A DNA stretch of 64,000 bases from Octopus sinensis. Lineage: Eukaryota. Every line of letters starts with the position of its first letter. The first letter of the stretch is position 1. Position numbers and translations under genes: made by a program. A model generated the notes under the pieces. That model was not told where the DNA came from and did not search any database. It saw only the letters and a program-made list of their open reading frames with translations. Positions 62,524 through 64,000 of the stretch are shown here, piece by piece. The DNA lies in contig NC_043001.1 in NCBI RefSeq assembly GCF_006345805.1, positions 118,792,001-118,856,000 of the forward strand, given 5' to 3'.

Positions 62524-64000
62524 GTAGTTTTATTTTTATAGCGTGCTTTCACTTCACTACCGAGCACAGCTCTGTGTGTCTTGGGTATGTGCTGTGATTT
62601 GTTGTGATGCTCTGATGGTTATTGTATGCAAAGTGTTCTGCGTAGGATGTGTGCAGTGCCTAGTAGTGCAATTTTCTGTATGTTATATGTGTTTGTAAGT
62701 CCTGGTTTTTTGTTATGTATTTGTCTGAATATTTTTTTATCATGCCTAATGCACCTACTATGATAGGAATTGTTTCTGTTTTCAGATTCCACATTCTAGT
62801 TACCTCTATTTCCAGGTCTTTGTATTTTGAGAGTTTCTCCATTTCTTTTAGAGACACGTTGTCATCAGCCGGTATTGATACATCAATTAGAAAGCATTTT
62901 TTTTCTTCAAGATCTCTGACAACTATATCTGGTCTGTTGGCCTTAATTTCTCTATCTGTGTGTATCGGCATATCCCAGAGTATGGTTGCTTTCTCGTTTT
63001 CTGTGACCTTTTCTGGTGTGTGCCTATACCATCTTTTTTCTGTTGTTATTCCATAATGTTGGCATAGCTTCCAATGTATGTAGGTTCCAACTCTGTCATG
63101 TCTGTGAATATATTCCTTCTTAGCCAAGACTGGGCAGCTAGAGATAATATGATTTATTGTTTCTTGTCCATCTCCACATATTCTGCAGTTACTTGTAAAT
63201 TTCTTTTCATTACATGTTTTTGGTAATTTCTGGTGGGGAGGCTTTGGTCTTGTGCTGCAATTAAAAATCCCTCTGTTTCTGCTTTGAGTCCTGAGCTTCT
63301 CAACCATTGCTGGGATTTTTCTTTGTCTATTTCTTTTGCGTTTAGTTTAGTCCAGTATTTACCATGAAGGGGCTTTTCTTGCCATCGTTTTATCATGGTT
63401 CGTTGCTGTTCTATTTTTAGTTTGGATTTCATTTGTCTTAGAGCTTTTGTTGTTTCTTCATCTTCTTCTTCTTCTTCATGTTTATTAGGTGGTATGATTT
63501 CTTGTTTGTATTTGTCAGCTTCCTTAAATACTGAGAACAGTTTTTTGTTTTGCTCGTGTTTTGCCGCTATCTGGATCAGTTTTCCTTCCTTCTGAAGTAG
63601 ATATTTTTGCAGTCCTATGGTGGTTATTTATAGTAGTTTTCCAGCTGTATAAGGCCTCTACCACATTCTATACGTTGTATATATAGTCTTTCTATGTCAG
63701 ATTTTGGGTGATGCATCCTAGATCCTGTCATTATTTTTCTTGTTTTCCTATCTATTTTGGTCAGTTCATTTCGTGTCCAGTTAAGGATATTGTAGCTGTA
63801 ACTTATAACTGGGACAGCTAAAGTGTTGATACCTATTATCTTGTTTTTAGCATTGAACTCTGTGTTTAGTATTGATCTAACTCGTCTATAATATTCTTTT
63901 TTTTTTTTTCTCTTCATTGTGTGTGTTGTGTCTTATCTAGTTCATGGATTCCTAAGTATTTGTAAGTTTGGCTTTGGTCTAATTCTTTTATTTCATTGGT
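62524..64000 (-). mobile_element. R4/Dong-clade non-LTR retrotransposon 3' part (RT end, CCHC knuckle, RLE endonuclease); continues beyond the window
   Basis: YKYLG, CRICGDGQETINHIISSC, RHD, NRPDIV, LIDVSIP, K..KY.DL, IPIIVGALG; stop at 62619-62621; 3' end abuts (TAA)n; about four frameshifts. Confidence 0.93.

Overview
AT-rich, microsatellite-rich eukaryotic DNA made almost entirely of transposable elements. The tRNA-derived SINE families, RTE/CR1/R4-Dong LINEs and TTAGGG repeats suggest a cephalopod, most likely Octopus (inference from recalled repeat families). No intact host gene is visible, only a few weak exon candidates. Identifiable content: decayed mariner, maT (DD37D), piggyBac and hAT transposons; MITEs, including a Merlin-like GGATC-TIR family carrying telomeric repeats; two near-identical young CR1-clade fragments; RTE 3' ends; a Dong/R4 RLE retroelement in a (TAA)n tract; and Penelope-like (PLE) remnants. 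The most notable signal is a set of unrelated short non-coding elements at 15-27 kb that carry minimal type I hammerhead-ribozyme (HHR) motifs, four of them arranged as inverted pairs or palindromes. One family fuses a tRNA-like Pol III head to an HHR-bearing Penelope-type tail, and another shows a U3-A8 covariant catalytic core. Coordinates were read by eye; the ends of decayed elements are approximate.
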